A stretch of 55,771 bases of DNA, counting the filler, from Sluysia triapertura (lineage: Eukaryota): assembly GCA_046118255.1 (NCBI GenBank). It is 4 parts of 4 records of this genome, joined end to end, with 100 filler letters (N's around TTAATTAATTAA, not from the genome) between each part and the next. Parts side by side here need not be neighbours in the genome. Positions count along the whole stretch, not along the records: positions 43,680 to 55,771 come from JBJNIA010140392.1; 3 more parts are not named here. The stretch is one strand, 5' to 3'. Positions 52,905 through 55,771 of the stretch are shown here, piece after piece. The position numbers and the translations under genes are program-made. The first letter of the stretch is position 1, and the number at the start of each line of letters is the position of its first letter. The notes beneath the pieces were generated by a model that was not told where the DNA came from, ran no database searches, and saw only the letters and a program-made list of their open reading frames with translations.

Positions 52905-54300
52905 TCGTAAACGAAGTAATCTTGAACTACCACAAAAGATAACATTAAAGGAGTCTTTATAATAAGATGACATTTGAGAAGACTTGTCGAGGGTTGTTCC
53001 GAGGTATAGAATCGATTAATGGATGAATTTGATTAACTCTCTTGACTTGACAATAACACTTTAGCATTGAATGACTGCTACGCTTAATTTGGTGGTTTCG
53101 AATTATTGTTTATATTTGATCGTTTCCGAAGATCATTTCACAAAAAAATCTATCAAGGCGTATGTAGCTTGAGTGTTTTCTTCTTTACTAAAAACTTCAT
53201 TCCAACGTCTAGTTAATTATTTATTTAACTTCTTTGGACATAATACTAGGTAAAGATTGAGAATATCAAATGGATCTGTTGTCATTTCTATGAATATACT
53301 GAATGATTTTTCAAATTGTCTGTTCTTGAAGAGCATTCTTACATACTGACAATTAAGTATGTTGTTTTAGCTAACATTAAAGCTAACTCGAATTCCTCAT
53401 TCTGTGAATAAGCTTGAACTAACTGTAATCTTGAAGTATCAACTAAGCAATGTGTTTGATTATTGTCTGACAACACATATATTCGATACAATAACGACAA
53501 ATGCAATTGCAATTATTGTCTAAACTTAAAGTTTGCATGAGTATTGACGGTAAAGCCATGCGTAATTCGATACATTTATTTAAAATAGCTAATAGGAATG
53601 GAGGATGATATATAATTCGTGATGGTGAATGGGACCATTTCAAAGTTCCATCATTTAAAACACTAACATTTTTATCTATAAATGCCAAGAAATTCTGACA
53701 TTTGGAATACTAAAGGTTCCTGGTTTTTACCAACATTACATAAATATTGGTTACTTGATTTTGAAAAGTAAACGAAAAAATATTCTGTTTGCGTTCCATT
53801 AAAACAAAATCTTGAAAGGATTTAATACATTCAGGTGCACCAGGAATTCGAAACACAACAGGAAATTCATTTTTCAATTTATCTTTATTCTCATGATAAA
53901 TAATTAATTTTATATTCGAAGAAATACAATTTCATGGTAATTGTTTTTGATTAGCTTTACTGTCGTTAACCATTGATTGGAATAGCATATCATTTTTTGG
54001 TCCTTGATAATTTGTTTCTGAATGAGATTTCTTATGAGATGTATCAAGAGATAATTCTCGGATATTGTAACTAAATTTAGAAATACTCTTTATACTATCA
54101 ATGATGGAAATAACTCTATGATCACTTATTCTATATATAAATATTTTGTTGTCACTAAGAACAAGAAACAATCTAAAATCATGTATAATTGCCTTTCGAA
54201 GACTAGGTTTGTTAATAAAATCTTTTAACATATAACAAAAATCTGAGGCAACTTTTTCTCATAATTTCCTGGTAGTGACGATAAAATGCTATTTAAAATG
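52905..54300 (-). pseudogene. VPS39: Vps39/Vam6 (HOPS subunit) N-terminal half, disrupted
   Basis: FRIPGAPECI, GKNQEPLV, LKWSHSPSRIIYHPPFLLAIL...IELR, EEFELALMLAK, LFKNRQFEKSF...TDPFDILNLY, ALIDFF and SLLKC are colinear with Vps39. At least 4 frameshifts and 3 in-frame stops. Confidence 0.88.
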
Positions 54301-55249
54301 CTATACGAAATAGAATAAACAAATGTTGGTTGGAAGACTAATTATAGGGTAGAAAAATTTATTTTTATTGAAGGCCCAACAATTATCAATAATGAAAGCA
54401 AATTGTACATACGAATTAATAGTGTCATTATTTATAGTGGTAGTTGATCTTACAAACAGTGCACCGATAAAAAAAATAATAATAATATTAACAATAACAA
54501 TAACAATAGTCCAACTAAATAAACTTAAAGTATAAATGAAAAACAAATTCTTTGTAATTTCTAGGTAATACGATCTTTCTTTTTAACCTATTACTTTATT
54601 CACATAAAGTGAATAAAATTGCATAAATAATCTTCTATTTTATCTATGTTGTCTTAGATTTCTCTAGGTAAATTTTGCAACACCAGTTTCGAATCTCGTC
54701 ACTTTTAAAAAAGAATTTATCAAGTAATTAACCAAGTGTGGATTATAGAAAACGCTAATAAGAAAATGTTTAGGGAAATGATTACTAATTAAAATGTTTG
54801 AGAAATGTTATTTTGTTTACAAAATCTAGAATTGGTTTCAGAGTATTTATTTAATATCTTCAATGGTATTAGAGATTGAGTATTAATGATTTTTACCTTG
54901 AAATATTTTGAATTAAGTTTTGAGATATAAATTTGATAATTTGAGATGTAATTGTGATTCTAATGTTAAAAGATAATGAATGAAATGTTTTAAATGAATT
55001 TTTTAAATGTAAATTGTTGGTTTTAACTGAAGATACAGTTTGGATGTTGAAAACTTATGAACTTAAGTGTTTTGAGATATAAAAAATGATTTTAATGGAT
55101 CTGAAAGAAATAAAATATAAGAGGTTCTGGGGTATTTATAGTTGTGACATGTTTTGAATAGTGATTTTGTTATGTGCTATTGTAATAAAATTTCAAATTA
55201 TTAGGTTGGTCACCACAACGAGTATACTCATGTAAATGATTATTTATTA

Positions 55250-55725
55250 TAAAATGTGTATTTGTCTTGAAATAATAACATCAAAAACGGAAACGGTAAA
55301 GCGAATAATTTCATACAATTTATGCTTGGAATCAAATGGGTTAATAATATTAAGGTAAATATTTTAAACCTTAAATATTTTACACCTTATCTTAAAGAAT
55401 TATACTAGGTTGCCGATAAAAACAAGAACAGAATTCAAAATCATGACAATAATTTACAAATGCTCACATTACGGAAGTCCTGGATATCTTTTAGAAATAA
55501 TACGAAAATTGGAAACGAAGATGAATATTTCATTGAGACATAATAATCTACTTTATGTCTCAAAAAATACAACCATTTACCAGAGAATGTCAAATTATTG
55601 GAAAATTATGAAATATTTAAGAAAAAAGCAAAGTTCTTTCTGTTTTAGAAATATTATGTTGAATGATTTACCTTAAGCGCTTTTGAGTACTTACGCAGTA
55701 GATATAAGCGCAATATAAATTAATA

Positions 55726-55771
<46 letters not shown>
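55250..55771 (+). mobile_element. L2 LINE 3' portion with stem-loop and (ATT)n tail
   Basis: LPIKTRTEFKIMTIIYKCSHYGSPGYL (L2 ORF2 C-terminus), closely similar to the copy at 4635-4718. Stem-loop at 55677-55711; tail runs to the window end. Confidence 0.88.

Overview
Very AT-rich eukaryotic (animal) draft-scaffold window. It has five assembly gaps, three of which carry an artificial TTAATTAATTAA linker, so long-range adjacency is not guaranteed. Introns of 38-48 bp plus metazoan-type genes suggest a compact parasite genome such as an orthonectid; this taxonomic guess is inference only. Apparently intact genes: a spliced WDR88-like WD40 gene (8 exons traced, minus strand), a PAR/NFIL3-type bZIP exon, three in-frame DIP2-like exons of atypically high GC, and one ~433-aa orphan ORF. 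The rest is decayed transposons (L2 and CR1 LINEs, Ty3/Gypsy, mariner, Tc1, Tigger/pogo, hAT MITEs) and an unusual density of broken fragments of conserved host genes (NCoR/SMRT, SRSF1, Vps39, probable Spo11, possible Nkx2.2). The most striking structure is a 340-bp non-autonomous LTR element (TRIM) at 12923-13262 whose LTRs each embed a tRNA-like Pol III cassette, with a solo LTR of the same family at 35565-35721. All homology calls are by-eye motif recognition; no searches were run.
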